DNA from: the human T2T-CHM13v2.0 reference genome, Homo sapiens
NCBI RefSeq assembly: GCF_009914755.1
Contig: NC_060939.1
Strand: one strand, 5' to 3'
Length of the DNA stretch: 64,000 bases
Shown: piece by piece, positions 15,666 to 34,658 of the stretch
Layout: the number at the start of each line of letters is the position of its first letter
How positions within the stretch are numbered: the first letter of the stretch is position 1
Position numbers and translations under genes: made by a program
Notes under the pieces: model-generated
Seen by the model: the letters and a program-made list of their open reading frames with translations, nothing else
Told to the model about the DNA's origin: nothing
Databases searched by the model: none

Positions 15666-16785
15666 CTGAATTGCTGTAGATGCAGTTCTGCAAACCCATT
15701 CCTGGGAAAGAATGCTTTATTTTTAGGTGATAAAGACAAGCCATCTACTTCTGCAAAATCTTACATTTTAAATTTGAAATTCAAAGTTAGCAAAGCTCCA
15801 AATCAGAACCTACTGAACTCAAATCCAAGCTCAGAAGATGTGACTTCCAGCAAATTACTTAACATCATTGAAGGCTGAAAAAATACCTGTCTCCAAGAGA
15901 TGATGTGCGGAAATTCTCTGGCTCCTGGTAGGCATGGAACTAATGATCACTAAGTGCGTTTAATGTCCTTGCTAGAGTAAAGAAAGCACTGGGCAAAGCT
16001 CATGGCTCCTAGTAGGTCCTCCGTGTCTGTTTTCTCCTTCTCCCTTCTTCCGTCTTTCATACACGTCGGGAGAAGAGTGTGGATATTATGTCCACATCAT
16101 TGAGATAAAAGATATTTATCAACAAACAATTGCAGTTGCAACGGGAAAGCAAGACAAGAGCATGGGATCCATGGTTTGTGTGAATGCAGATAGCAGGGAT
16201 GCGATAGCATACATATGGCAAATATTATGTGCCTAAAAGCTGGAGAGCTGCAAAACAGACCATTCCTATTTATAGTGAGAATAGACAGCCCGCAGGCTTT
16301 GCCACCACGTGTTCCTCTTGCTGCTCAGGATGAATGGGGGCTTCAGACCAAGTCCCAAGTTTTTAGTTAACAATCCACACCAAGTTTTAGATATAACATT
16401 TCCAGGGCCCCTATGTCATGAACTAAATATGTGAGGTTCAAAAAACTGGAATGGAATTTAATTTGCAGTGGGATCAGGACCTTTTGCGAGTAGCTGATGA
16501 CCTAGGGTGGATGTAACGCATACACATGTGCAGGAGAGAGCTTTAAGCACCAGGGCAGAGCTGAGGCCTTCTTAAAAAAAAATGGTAAATACAATTCTGA
16601 GAAAAATCAGGCCCCTGTATTTCTTGAGCTGGAGAGAATTGGGCATACAGGTATGTTTACAAAGACTGAGCTCGCGGAAGAGGTTTTAAAAGACCAAAAA
16701 AAAGTCTCAATGGGAAAAGATACCTTCTGCCCTGCCTCCGCCACCTCCTGCTCCTCCTCCTCTCTCTCTCAGCTCATGCGCATGT

Positions 16786-16856
16786 ACACACACACATACA
16801 CACACACACACACACGCACACTTACACACACTGCACTGACGCACACATACACACAC
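16786..16856. repeat. Imperfect (CA)n
   Basis: Interrupted CA run. Confidence 0.85.
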
Positions 16857-17438
16857 TGCACTGGCAAGGATCCCATCCCCAAGGCTCCTCGCTCCGGAGG
16901 GTGGTCACTCCCCAAAGAATGTGCTCTTTGGGGTTCCCCTGCGAGGGAGCCTGCAGCCCTCTCTCCTGGCCCTGCCTGCTCTCTGTCGGTTGCTTTCACT
17001 CTCACTTTCTCTTCCTGGAAGCCGTTTCCTGATTTACACTGATAGCCTGAAATCCTATGAATTCAAAGCTGCCACACTGTGTTCATAGCAAACATATAAT
17101 ATATTATTTAGTTCGTTTTCAATTACAAAGATATTTCCTTGAAAACAATCATTCACAGGAACTTGGCCATGTTTTAAATATGGGAAATAACAAAGTGGCC
17201 AAGGAAAGCCTTAGTAAACACGCAGGGAGAGCACACCAATCAGTCTTCTTATAGACATTTTTGTTTCCTTACAAAAACTTGAACCTTCATAACTTTTCAC
17301 AGTAGAACACTGAAAGCCAAGAGACACAAATCATTCTAAAATAGTGAGTTAGCCATACAAAATTACAGAAAAGTCTAGATAAGTTGAATCGTTGGTTTCA
17401 CTTTTTCCTTTCAAAACACCTTATTGTTAAGAAAGTAA

Positions 17439-18185
<747 letters not shown>

Positions 18186-18299
18186 TAACAAAAAAAAAAG
18201 ACAAATAACCCAATTGTAAAATAAGCAAAAGATTTGATTAGATATTTCCCCAAAGAAGGTATACAATGACCAATAAGCACAAGAAAAGATGCTTTGCAT

Positions 18300-18643
18300 C
18301 AGGAGTCCCCAAGCCTGGGCAGTGGACTGGTACCAGTCCATGTGGCCTGTTAGGAACCCAGCTGCACGGCAGGAGGTGAGAGTCGGGCCAGTGAGCATTA
18401 CTGCCTGAGCTCTGCCTCCTGTCAGATCAGCTGCAGCGTGAGATTCTCATAAGAGCATGAACCCTTTTGTGAACTGACATGCGAGGGATCTAGGTTGCAC
18501 ACTCTTTATGAGAATCTAATGCCTGATGATCTGAGATGGAACAATTTCATCCCGAAGCCATGCTGCTCCCTCCACACCACATCTGTGGAAAAACTGTCTT
18601 CCATGAAACTGGTCCCTGGTGGCAAAAAGGTTGGGGACCACTG
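18300..18643. mobile_element. MER1B hAT-Charlie MITE
   Basis: Termini caggagtcccc..ggggaccactg; internal ctgagctctgcctcctgtcagatcagc; degenerate 8-bp TSD ctttgcat/ctccacat. Confidence 0.85.
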
Positions 18644-18898
18644 CTCCACATCATTAGCCATCAGGGAAGTGCAAGTCAAAACCACAGTGAGATGCCACTT
18701 CACATCTTCTAAGATGGCAATAATAAAAATGACAGATGAAAGCAAGTAGTAGTAAGAATGTGGAGAAATTGGAACCCTCATATGCTGCCGGCGGAAATGT
18801 AAAATAGTCCAGCCACTGTGGAAAACAGTGTCACAGTTTCTCAAAATGTTAGACACAGAGTAGCCATATGACCTGGCAGTTCCACTCCTAGGTGTTTA

Positions 18899-19274
<376 letters not shown>

Positions 19275-19627
19275 TTATTTATAATAGTAAAAAAGTGGAA
19301 ACAACTAAAGTGTTTATCAACTATGAATAGATAAAATGTGGTATATCCATGTAATGTAATATTATTCAGCCATAAAAAGGAATGAAGTGCTGATATATAC
19401 TACAGTGTGGATAAATCTGGAGAACAGTATCCTAAGTGAAAAAAACCGTGAATAAAATAGCACATATTATATGATTCTGTTTATATAAAATGTCTAGAAT
19501 AGGCACATCTATAAAGATAGAAAGTAGATTAATGTTTCTCTAAGACTAGGGGTGGTGAAGACGGTAGGGAATGACTGCTAAAAGGTTTGGGGTTTATTTT
19601 TGGGGTGATGAAAATGTTCTAAACTTA

Positions 19628-19955
19628 GGCTGGGTGCAGTGGTTCACACCTATAATCCCAGCAGTTTGGGAGGCTGAGGCGGGTGGATCGCTTGAGGCCA
19701 GGAGTTCCAAACAAGCTTTGGCAACATAGTGAGATCCTATCTCTACAAAAAAAAGAAAAAAAAAAAACCATAAAAATGAGCTGGCCATGGTAGCACGTAC
19801 CTGTAGTCCTAGCTGCTCTGGAGGCTGAGGCTGGAGGACCGCTTGAGCCCAGGAGTTCAAAGCCGTCGTGAGCTAGGATCAAGCCACTGCACTCCAGCCT
19901 GGGTGACAGAGCAAGACCTTGTCTCTAAAAAAAAAAGAAAGAAAGAAAAGAAAAA
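19628..19955 (+). mobile_element. AluJ
   Basis: J-type dimer inside L1 3' UTR. Confidence 0.9.
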
Positions 19956-20724
19956 TCTATGCTTTAAAATTAGATCATGGCGGATGATTGCATAACTCTA
20001 TGAATATAGAACACCACTGAATTTAACACTTTAAATGGGTGAATTTTATGGTATGTGAATTATATCTCAGTAAATATATTTGAAATATAAAATTAGTACA
20101 TAGTTAACATCTCTGTAACTCTGTGCTAAACACCTTAATTTATCATTTTGTTCATAACACACCATAGCACACCTGTTAGACTATTTCTATCCCTAATGGT
20201 TAAAAAAAATGTTTTGACATTAAATTGGAAAGAAATGACAATGGTTAGGAGTTAAACTTTCCACTTTTCTCAATATAAGTACTAGAAAATGTCATCATGC
20301 AAAGAACAGAATTCATTTACTTCATAGAACAACAACGGATGTACTTTTCAAGGTCCTTCCTACTGAAGAATGCTAAGCACTTAAAAAAAAAGTAATTCTT
20401 TTGAGAATTAGAAACACCACCTAAGTATTTTTTTCAAAACTTTCAAATAAACACACCCTAACAATTATTTTATTTTCTCAGGCACTAGCTAAATATCTCA
20501 AGTGGGGGCTTTTTTGGTGGTATTTCCCACCCCCCAAGCCCTTGCGTGCAGGTAGTGCCTCATAAGTGTTAAGAAAGTCTATGCACAAAGTAAATGACAT
20601 CTGCCTACAGGATAGTGGTCCTGCTGTTTACAGTATTTCCACTGGATACACGAAGAAAATATGGAATGATTTTCACACAATTTCTCTGAGTGTTAGGCCA
20701 TGTATTCTCCTGCTCCTTCTGGAG

Positions 20725-21060
20725 ATTCCAATTCAATACGTGCTCACCCACGAAGCATCTGGGACACACAGGGCATGTGACAAGTGCTTCCCAGGGAACA
20801 AAGGTGAGGAAGGTGGCTCCCATCCTTGTGGCACCTTCCATCCACGTGGAGATGAGAAGATCAGCCAACCAGGAGCATCACAGAGCAGGGCCTGCCATCA
20901 GAGTGGGTGAGCTTCTTGGGGAGCCTGGGTTTGATATAGACCTGGGAGAAGGAGAGAAGGCAGCAGAAGGAGGGAGGAGTGCAGGGAGCAGGAGGGGGTC
21001 TTTCCAGACAAGAGGAACATCATGAATAAAACCTGGATCCTGAGAAGAAAAGGACCAACC
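20725..21060 (-). mobile_element. L2 fragment
   Basis: ttccagacaagaggaacatcatgaataaaacctgga resembles reverse L2 motif. Confidence 0.55.
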
Positions 21061-21117
21061 TGGGAGAAGAGTTTGGGGGAAGGTGGAGATGACTCAGGGA
21101 AGCAACAAAGCCCATTT

Positions 21118-21431
21118 TCTTTTCTTTTGTTTTCTTCTTCTTTTTTTTTTTTCTTTTTTTTCTTTTTTTTTTTGACAGAGTCTCGCTCTGTCACCAGGCT
21201 GGAGTGCAGTGGCGGGATCTCAGCTCACTGCAACCTCTGCCTCCTGGGTCAGCCTGCCGAGTAGCTGGGATTACAGGCACGCGCCACCACACCCAGCTAA
21301 TTTTTGTAGTTTTAGTAGAGACGGGATTTCACCATGTTGGCCAGGATAGTCTGGATCTCCCGACCTCATGATCCGCCTGCCTCGGCCTCCCAAAGTGCTG
21401 GGGTTACAGGCGTGAGCCACCGCACCCGGCC
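21118..21431 (-). mobile_element. AluS (Sc-like) with short right-arm deletion
   Basis: Dimer lacking the aagcgattctcctgcc segment; TSD-like cccattttc. Confidence 0.9.
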
Positions 21432-21990
21432 TCAAAACCCATTTTCAGTGCCACTGGATGAGCAGCTCTGCTGGGAAAAAGTGAAGGAGAGGGAGCCAGG
21501 AGCACCTGTGGAATACGGATTTGGCAAAATGCCACCCAAGGAAATGAGGACATTGGCTGCTGATTCCAAGGGACTCTCCTCTGCACATGCGCGCTTAGCA
21601 GGGTAGATGCAAAAGGCCCTGTGTTAGGGAAGGAGCTCCTGTGTCAGCTGATTGACTTCTCCAGTGATGGTTGGTTCTGCCGCGGGCCAGGACGACCAGC
21701 AACAGTAGCAAAGTCCGAAGTGTTGCACGTACGCTTGCTGTTTTTATGTTGGGTCTCAACGGACTAATAATTTATGGAAATATTTCATCATAGTCCAAAA
21801 CAGAAGCAGAAACTTCCAAACAGTATTTGTTTGGAAGTTTGGGAAGGACCTGAGAACACAGAAATGGCAGTTAAAAACTCAGCATGAACCCAGCAGCAGA
21901 GGCTTAGAGGCTGCAGGCAGCGGGAATTCCATTTTCTAACAATCCCAGGAAGGATGAGAGTTAGTGGGGAAAAGAAAGTTATTGAACAGT

Positions 21991-22283
21991 GGCCGGGAGC
22001 AGTGGTTCATGCCTGTAATCCCAGCATTTCGGGAGGCCGAGGTGGGCGGATCAGAAGGTTAGGAGTTCGAGACCAGCCTGGCCAACATAGTGAAACCCCG
22101 TCTCTACTAAAAATATAAAAATTAGCCAGGCATGGTGATGTGTGCCTGTAGTCCCAGCTATTCGGGAGACTGAGGCAGGTGAATTGCTTGAAGCTGGGAA
22201 GGGAAGTTGCAGTGAGCCAAGATGGTGACACTGCACTGCAGCCTGGGTGACAGAGCGAGACTCCATCTAAAAAAAAAAAAAAA
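21991..22283 (+). mobile_element. AluS
   Basis: Full dimer; TSD aaagt(t/a)attgaacag. Confidence 0.92.
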
Positions 22284-23289
22284 GTAATTGAACAGCTTCT
22301 GTTTCTCCTATCTGTTTCCTAGGGCCCCTCCCACGTGGCAGATGGGTAGTTTCTGGTATTTACCTTGACTGCTAGGTGAGCTAGTTGGGGCAGGAAACAA
22401 CACTGAGGTTCCAATGGTCTCAGGAGGAGATTCCTTCCTCCTCATTCATTTATTCCTGGAAGGAAATCATTTCATCCTCTTGTACTTCAGGGAACTTTCT
22501 ACAGCTTTTCACAGAGTAGTGGACTAAGGATTTTCTCATCACCAGTGAGAGAAAGCTAAATGAGAAAGTTGAAGAGGGGTTGGGAGATGAAAACACAGGG
22601 GCAAATTGCATGGAAGATGCCTGCTCTTCACTCCTAAGATGCATGGGCCTCTCAGTCTACCAGGTAACCCCAACCCTCTCTGCAAGGCCATGCTTTAGCC
22701 TCTGCTCTTCTAGAACCTTCCTTGGCACCCTCTCCACGGCCGCCAAGATGGCAGCAGTTCTCTCTGGAACCATGGAATCTCACCCATCCTCCCGCCTGAC
22801 CTCCCTGAGCTGGTTCTGAATCACCAGTCTCTCTCTTGGACAGAAGGAGGAGGCTGACCCAGGCATTGTCTGTGGGTCTGTAGCTTCTAGAGTGATACCG
22901 GCACACGGTAACCCCAATAAATGTTTGCTGAGTAAAAAACCAACGGTCTCTTTGGTATCTGATGGTAAATGCAGATGGAAAAGGTCACCACGGACATCTT
23001 TTCTTCTTGCTTTGCCCTCAGTGGAGTCTACCTGGCCAGGGACCTGATCTCTTGACCTTTGAAATGGAGCAGAAAATAAAAACGTCTCAGGATTTAGGGA
23101 TGCCCAAAGGTCACCTGATCTAAACTCCTACTTTTATGGATGAGAAAACAGGACTTTCCAGTGCTAACCCCAATTTAACCTGTCCCCCAAGTGCCCAGAA
23201 CTTGCTGTGAGATCCTGTTATACATGGGAACAGACAGGGAGGGCGTTGGGTAGGAACAACTCCTACAACTGCAGGAAGTAACATACAGA

Positions 23290-23500
23290 TGATTGGCTCT
23301 AGAAGTGGGGGACCTTGGCTCAGGTCCTAGCCCCTCTGTCATTTGGGCAAATCCAGTAAATTTTCAGCCTCAGTCTCCTCATCTAGAAAATGGACAAGAA
23401 TCATTGTAACTATATGGTTTTCATCACAGGACTTTCGTGAAACATTTGGTCTGAAGGCTCTTGGAAATCTGTAAATGCCTTCTACATGTTAGCTATGGTT
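23290..23500 (+). mobile_element. MIR
   Basis: ttgggcaaatc..agcctcagtctcctcatctagaaaatgg core. Confidence 0.75.
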
Positions 23501-23627
23501 TCATTTGTTGTTATTTTCCATAAACCCAAGCCTATTTAAGAAGGGAGAAGACATAATTGCAGTGTGGCAGTGAATTTTATAAATGCTGAGAGATTCTAAA
23601 GATGGGACACCTGAGGATGCTCAAGGT

Positions 23628-24241
<614 letters not shown>

Positions 24242-24764
24242 GGTTAATTTTCAATGGATCCAGCCTGTCCCTTCAGGACAAATGTAGTCCAAGTCAACTG
24301 TCTGGGGCCAAGTCCTGAAGTCTCTCATTTACCTTCCTTGGCTGGCATTTTCTGCCCTGCTGTAAAGAGATAGCAAGGCCCCCTTCTGTCATTGTCTTGG
24401 GTGATAGATGGGTGAGGAAACAGGGGTGGTTGTGTGGTCAAGGCCCCAGGACACTAAGGAGACCCTCCACTCCTGTCTTCTTCCCTATTTGGAGAATACA
24501 CAAAAGCATAGGACCCCAGACCTGCCACTTGGCACCTGATTCTATATTTTCCCTCATGAATAAACTGCACATCATTTTCACACACACATCGTTTATAAAT
24601 TAGTAGGTTCAATGGCTGAGATGTCTGATGATTTTCCTGGGTTTATTTATATAAGAAGAGAATACTTCTTGATTGATATATATCTACATCTATATCTATC
24701 TATCTATATATGTATCTGTTTAGAATGGATTCCTCCCAAATACAAAAGCAATGCATGCTCAATT

Positions 24765-24895
24765 CATACATTTACTCATTTATCCTCAGATTTTTTATCC
24801 TCTGTGTGTTAAGAGCTGTCCTAGACACTAGAGAAAGAGTAGTGAGCTAAAGAGACAGAAATCCCTGCCCTCGCTAAGCTTAGGTCCTAGTGAAC
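24765..24895 (-). mobile_element. L2 3' fragment
   Basis: cattt..tcattta..acagaaatccctgccctc..gcttaggtcctagtg. Confidence 0.7.
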
Positions 24896-25028
24896 TCTAG
24901 ATGCAAAAAAATAAAAATTGAGGAAAAACGCAAAACATCCTCTTAATTTCAATTCCTAATGGTTTAGAAATGCCCATCCATTGCTTCTTTTATTTATCTC
25001 TTCATTCTGAGATCTTAATCATTTTTAA

Positions 25029-25390
<362 letters not shown>

Positions 25391-25924
25391 TTTGATAATA
25401 AAAATTTTAAATCTGGGCAATCCAGGCACTTGAGCCCTCTCCACCTGTGTCACCTTTCTAGAGGGAAACAGGTTGCCCTCTCAGTCTCCTGCCTGTTTTT
25501 CCAGAATTATTCTGTGGATGTTCAGGCACATTTCTGTGCCAGCTTGGATTCCTACCTGTGAAACCCAAGAGGCTGTGCTCCCTGGACAAGCCCAGCCCAC
25601 TCAGCCTCACCCCCAGATGATGAGGCCATGACGGTGGAACACTTCCTCGGGCTTGGGCTGCCTCTGTTCCATCCATTGGCCTGTACCCATGACCTGGGCC
25701 AAGGCTGAAAAGGCCTGGGCTCTAGGCAGGATGTGCACCTCCCACCAACACTGTGCAGTCCAGGCATAGAACCACGACCTCCTGAGCCCCAGCGTTCACA
25801 CTGGCAAGAGTGGATGATGGTCTCTATCTGGCCTCACAGTGGTCTCTGTGGAGTCAAGTCAGTTGGGACAGCACCTCACAGTCCTACTTGCAGTGCATTC
25901 GTGTAGTAAAAAACGACCTCAGAG

Positions 25925-26105
25925 CAGAGGTGCTCCCCTTGGTATCACATTAGGATCCCCTGGGGAGATAAGAGATACATCTACACAAATGCCAGGTCCC
26001 ACCTGGACCAGTTAAGTCAGCCACACTGGAGGTGGGGCCCAGGCACCACCAGTTTTAAAGCTCCCCAGCTGGCTCCAGCAGGCAGCCAGGCTGTGGACCA
26101 GGATT
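25925..26105. mobile_element. MER5A-like MITE
   Basis: cacattaggatcccctgggg..tggaggtggggcccaggca..gttttaaagctcccca..gcagccagg. Confidence 0.7.
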
Positions 26106-26312
26106 CAGGAGCACGTTGACTCCCGGTGGAGTTTTGCGGAATGAGTCATATAGGCAGGAATGCCAATTAAGTTGTGGTATGTGGGCTGTTTTTACAGTTC
26201 TGATTTTGGGAGAGCATGGTCGTTACCAGATTTGTTTTTAAGATCACAGGTGTTTCATAAAAGTCTGAGAGGACATCCACCAAAGTGTTCCCAGAGGTGA
26301 TAAATAAGTTAG

Positions 26313-26769
<457 letters not shown>

Positions 26770-26789
26770 TGTTGTTAAAGCCTTAAAAG

Positions 26790-26791
<2 letters not shown>

Positions 26792-26838
<47 letters not shown>
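26792..26838. repeat. (CA)n microsatellite
   Basis: About 23 pure CA units. Confidence 0.97.
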
Positions 26839-26839
<1 letters not shown>

Positions 26840-27039
26840 TCTGCCACAAAAAGGTTAACAGTAGTTACCCTTCAGGTGATTAGAATTCAAGCAATTTAGG
26901 CTTTTTTCCTTTGTACTTTTCAACGTTTTTTGAATATTTTTCTGTGAGCAGGTATCATTTCACAAAAATAAAGCATTTATCTAAAAGAAAGTCAATGGAA
27001 AAGAGAGGGCAAAGGAAGAGAAAGGGAGAAAGGGGAGAC

Positions 27040-27362
<323 letters not shown>

Positions 27363-27916
27363 TAGTTCTGTTCTTGTCTCATAGTTCAGTAAAGCAAATA
27401 GTCATGATGTGACTGCTTCCTATTTGAGATCTGTTCCCCAGCAAGTAATCTACCTTGGTATCTTCAGCTCCCAGCATCCCAGAAATATTGGCTACCTGGG
27501 CCCTGTCTGACCTTGGGCAAGGCCTCTGTTGAAGGTTAAGCAAGAACCCGGGCGTGCTCACCCCAGACGCCTACCCAGGGGATGTCGAAAGGGGCTGGGG
27601 AACTCCAGGCACAAGCTCCAGCAAGAGAGGTCTATTATGTGTGGACAGACTAACTCCACTGGGTGTCTGCATGAATGCCCCAAAATTCCTCCAGCTAGAC
27701 TAACTGAAAATTCATTTTCCCTCTTGGACTTTATGCTTCTCTCAAAATTTCTCTGCTGGATAGAGAGGGGAAGGAGCAAGTGTTAATCAGTCCACTAGTG
27801 TGATCTGAGAGCATGATAAACACCAACTATCAGCCCGTTGTAAAGTTACTCATCCCCTAAATAACTTTATTGGACTCTTATTGGTGACTGTTTTTATTGG
27901 ACTGTAATTGATGAAC

Positions 27917-28309
<393 letters not shown>

Positions 28310-28338
28310 TAAGTACACTATTGACTATTGCCCTGTAA

Positions 28339-28907
<569 letters not shown>

Positions 28908-29079
28908 AGAATGAGAATTTTCAACTCCCCTTCCCAGCAAAACACATTCTGAGAAATGGAATTCTGTGTAGAAGCAGCTTTCTTCTGGAGCATGCCCTTG
29001 GTTCCTGGGACTGGAAGTAATCATCTCGCAGGGCTCTGTCTCCGCCCTTTTGAGTGAGTTCAGTGGGAACAATATCAAA

Positions 29080-29245
29080 TGAAGAAAGGACCTCAGTTCA
29101 AGTGCAGGCTCTGTGTAACCTTGAGCAAGCTTGAGCCTTGAGACCTTACCTCTGAAATGGACGATAACACACGGGATGATGGTTTTCTCTCAGGGTTCTT
29201 GGGAGGCTTCCATGAACTGGGACAAGTGAAAGTACTTTGCAGCTA
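29080..29245 (+). mobile_element. MIR fragment
   Basis: ctgtgtaaccttgagcaag..ctctgaaatgg..ctcagggttcttgggagg. Confidence 0.6.
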
Positions 29246-29602
29246 GTCAGCCACCATGCAGCAAGAGACAGCTTTGCTGCAACCACAACTTCATTTCCTG
29301 TTTTCACTCTATCTTCTGTTCTCCTTGGAGTCCTGGCCACCAGTTGCATGGCACTTCCCATTGAGGAGGGGCCCAGGGTGAGGATTTACTTTACCAGGCT
29401 TGGAGGATAAAGGAGAAGGTGCCAAATCGTTTGCTTATTTACATGCTTATTATTTGTGTCGTGACATTACAATGCCGGTTCCTTGAAGACTGTCTGCTGG
29501 GTCGATTGCAGTATCATGGCAGCCAGGGCAATGCCTGGACCTCTTTACCAATATATCAGTTATCAATCTTATATTAACATTATCGTTGATATTTATCATC
29601 AA

Positions 29603-29914
<312 letters not shown>

Positions 29915-30104
29915 TCATCAACATGTTATTAATTATATATTATTTATTACTTCCATTATATAATATTATCAATTATATAATAATATACCATCAATATTTT
30001 AAATTATAAACTCCCCATCAAGGGGCAGCCCCTGGGAGACAATGGCATGGATGATCCCACGCAAGAAAGAACTTGATGTCAGCTCTGTTGAAAGGGTCAC
30101 AGCA

Positions 30105-30407
30105 GGCTGGGCATGGTGGCTCACGCCTGTAATCCCAGCACTTTGGGAGGCCGAGGTGGCCAGATCACTTGAGATCAGAAGTTTGAGACCAGCCTGGCCA
30201 ACAAGAGGAAACCCCATCTCTACTTAAAAAAGTACAAAAATTAGCTGGGCGTGGTGGTGGGCACCTGTAATCCCAGCTCCTTGGAAGGCTGAGGCAGGAG
30301 AACTGCTTGAACTCAGGAGGCGGAGGTTACAGTGAGCCGAGATTATGCCACTGCACTCCAGCCTGGGTGACAGAACGAGACTCCATCTCAAAAGAAAAAA
30401 AAAGAAA
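30105..30407 (+). mobile_element. AluS
   Basis: Full dimer; TSD aaagggtcacagca. Confidence 0.93.
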
Positions 30408-30826
30408 GGGTCACAGCACTTTTGAGAAATGCCACCGGGACATTCAGACTTCAGGCCTTAGTGCTTTACAATGCCTCAGTGATGTGCGAGCTCAAGCCTT
30501 ATCAGCCACTGGGGTTGCCCTCCCCCTGGCCATCTGACTAAGCTAGAATATCATGATTTACACATGTCCTCACCAGAACCTAGAAGCTTCCATGACACCT
30601 CCAGGAGACTTTCCTTCTTGCTTAATATTTCTTTTTTATGAACTCCAGAGAAACTTTCTATTCTGCATGAAATGTTCAAAGCCTTATTAAAAGAAAAAAA
30701 AGTATACTGTTCTCAATCCCATGTTGCACAGTTGGATGCGTTTCCCCTGAAGGGGAAGCTTCTGAGGGCTGGAAGTTCCATGAGCTTCTTTAGTTGAGGC
30801 CCCACTCATAGAGAAAAGAAAGAGTT

Positions 30827-31143
<317 letters not shown>

Positions 31144-31438
31144 TCAGGAAGGTCTGGGAGCCAGGTACATTGTCCAGGCATGCAACTGGGAAGGCATTTT
31201 ACAGGCCTGGCATGTGGTGAGTGCCCCTCACATTTTAGTCGGATGACTAAACACAGAACATTTGATTTGTTCTTTCCAGAACCTGGAACTCAATAAGAGG
31301 CTTACAGAGAGCATCAGAAACAGAATAGGAACAATGGAGTTGAGGTTTGGCCTTGAATACGAGTAGCGGGGAGGCTACCTGCTGGAAAATCAAGGGACAG
31401 CAGACCCAGGCCAGAGGCAGAATAAAAAATATTGCTGG

Positions 31439-31738
31439 GCCAGGCGTGGTGGCTCATGCCTGTAATCCCAGCACTTTAGGAGGCCAAGGCAGGCGGATCA
31501 CGAGGTCAGGAGATCAAGACCATCCTGGCTAACACGGTGAAACCCCGTCTCTACTAAAAATACAAAAAATTAGCCAGGTGTGGTGGTGGGCACCTGTAGT
31601 CCCAGCTAGTCAGGAGGCTGAGGCGAGGGGAATGGCGTAAACCCAGGAGGTGGAGCTTTCAGTGAGCCGAGATCGTGCCACTGCACGCCAGCCTGGGTGA
31701 CAGAGCAAGACTCTGTTTCAAAAAAAAAAAAAAAAAAA
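31439..31738 (+). mobile_element. AluY
   Basis: gaccatcctggctaacacggtgaaacccc, gaatggcgt, ggagctt. Confidence 0.9.
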
Positions 31739-31760
31739 GTGCTGCCAAACTAGAATCTAG

Positions 31761-32153
<393 letters not shown>

Positions 32154-32659
32154 TGAGCTCACTCTTTATTTCCATCATCTGTGTCCTTTTTCTTTTCTTA
32201 ATTTTTAAGACAGTCCCTTGTGAAAAAGCCTCCATCCTGTTCCAGCTCTTCCAAGGGAAGACGGGGACAGGCCTGGGCTCTGTGTCTGGAGCCAGAGAGA
32301 CAAAGGAGGCAAAGAAGGGACCCTGGCTTGGGAAGGGCTGTGACCACCCAACCTGTATTTGTGCAGCTTCTCCAGACCCAGGGAACTCTGTTTTCTGTTT
32401 TATCCTTACAACTGTGATATAGTCAAGGTTGCTGGAGAGAATTTACATAGAACCCTACTGGGGTGGAGAAAACTCGAGAGGAGCCAACTAGGGCAGCCCT
32501 CCTCCTATAAATGCAGACAGCCCCTCGACCAGAACTTTCCAGAGTGGATTTTTGGGGCCAGGGTTCTCTGGGTAATGGCAGGCGTTTCTCAAAGAGAAGG
32601 TTTCAAGGTCAAAGCAGAAAAGCAGTCATTACCACAGGACATTCAGAGCTGCATCCACT

Positions 32660-33108
32660 CGTAGTCAGCTGAATAATAATAATGATCTCCAAAGAGATCA
32701 GGCCCTAATCTTTGGAACCACATATGGTAAAGGGGTCTTTGCGCGTGTAATTAAATTAGGGATCGAGAAGAGAGATCATCCTGGATTGTCCAGGCAGACC
32801 CTAAATTGCAAGATACGTTATGAGTGGCAGGCTGCGGAAGATTTGGCACGGATGGGAGGGGAGGAGGCAGAGATGAGCGTAATATGGCCACAAGTCAGGA
32901 AATGCTGGCAGCCACCAGAGGCTGGAGAAGGCGAAGAAGGGACTCTCCTGGCACCTGGGAGGGGGCGTGGCCCTGTGGACCCTGGCTTTTGACCTGGCCT
33001 GTGTGCTTCGGACTTCTGGCCTCCAGAACTGTGAGAGAACAAATTTCTGTTGTTTTAAGCCATCAGGTTTGTGGTCATTTGTTATAGTCCGCACAGGAAA
33101 CAAATATG
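32660..33108 (+). mobile_element. MLT1 (C/D-like) MaLR solo LTR
   Basis: ggacttctggcctccagaactgtgagagaacaaatttctgttgttttaagcc..tttgttatag. Confidence 0.88.
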
Positions 33109-33112
33109 TTCA

Positions 33113-33545
<433 letters not shown>

Positions 33546-34234
33546 GGGTGTTCACGGGTCTCCAAGAGGAGGATAATAATTTGTGGTGCTTCCCAAACTT
33601 ATTTACCAAAAGAACCCTTTTCCAAAAAACATCTTTTGGTTCAAGGGTTTCTCACTCTGGGAAATACTGATTTTTGTTGTTGTTGATGCTGCTGCTGAAT
33701 CTTAGGAAAAATGTAGAGGGAGTTGTTTAAATGGTAGAGTCTACAGTGCTGGCTTTTTGCTTTTTTTTTTTTTTTTTTTTTCCCTAGTAACCTGGTTTTT
33801 ACCCTTGGAATGCTCAGCACTTTACAGTGTCCCATTTTTCTTGGGTGATGGGACATGCTTGTGGCTGCCGATGCTCTGATTGTGAGGCAGAGTATTTATG
33901 GGAATGAATGGCTCTGATCACACATTTGTATTAACAAAAATGTGATGCTTTGAAATGTTTAAATGCCACACAGTCATTATTTATATATTGTCCATTTAAA
34001 AGGAGAGGCAGTCAGAAATGTCACGCCTGCCCAGCTTTACAGTAATAACACTATTTATTGCAGAGATACAAATTGTCACACTAGCGATATTTAGCAGTGG
34101 CATCCAGCTTCCCATCTTCAGCCTGTGCTGGCACTGTATGTTGTGTGTCAACTGCAAATGATCAATTACAGTTCTTCTGAAGGGGGCCCCCTTCTTTTCT
34201 TCTCCAAGGTGATTGGCGGTGTCTACAAGCATGA

Positions 34235-34658
<424 letters not shown>

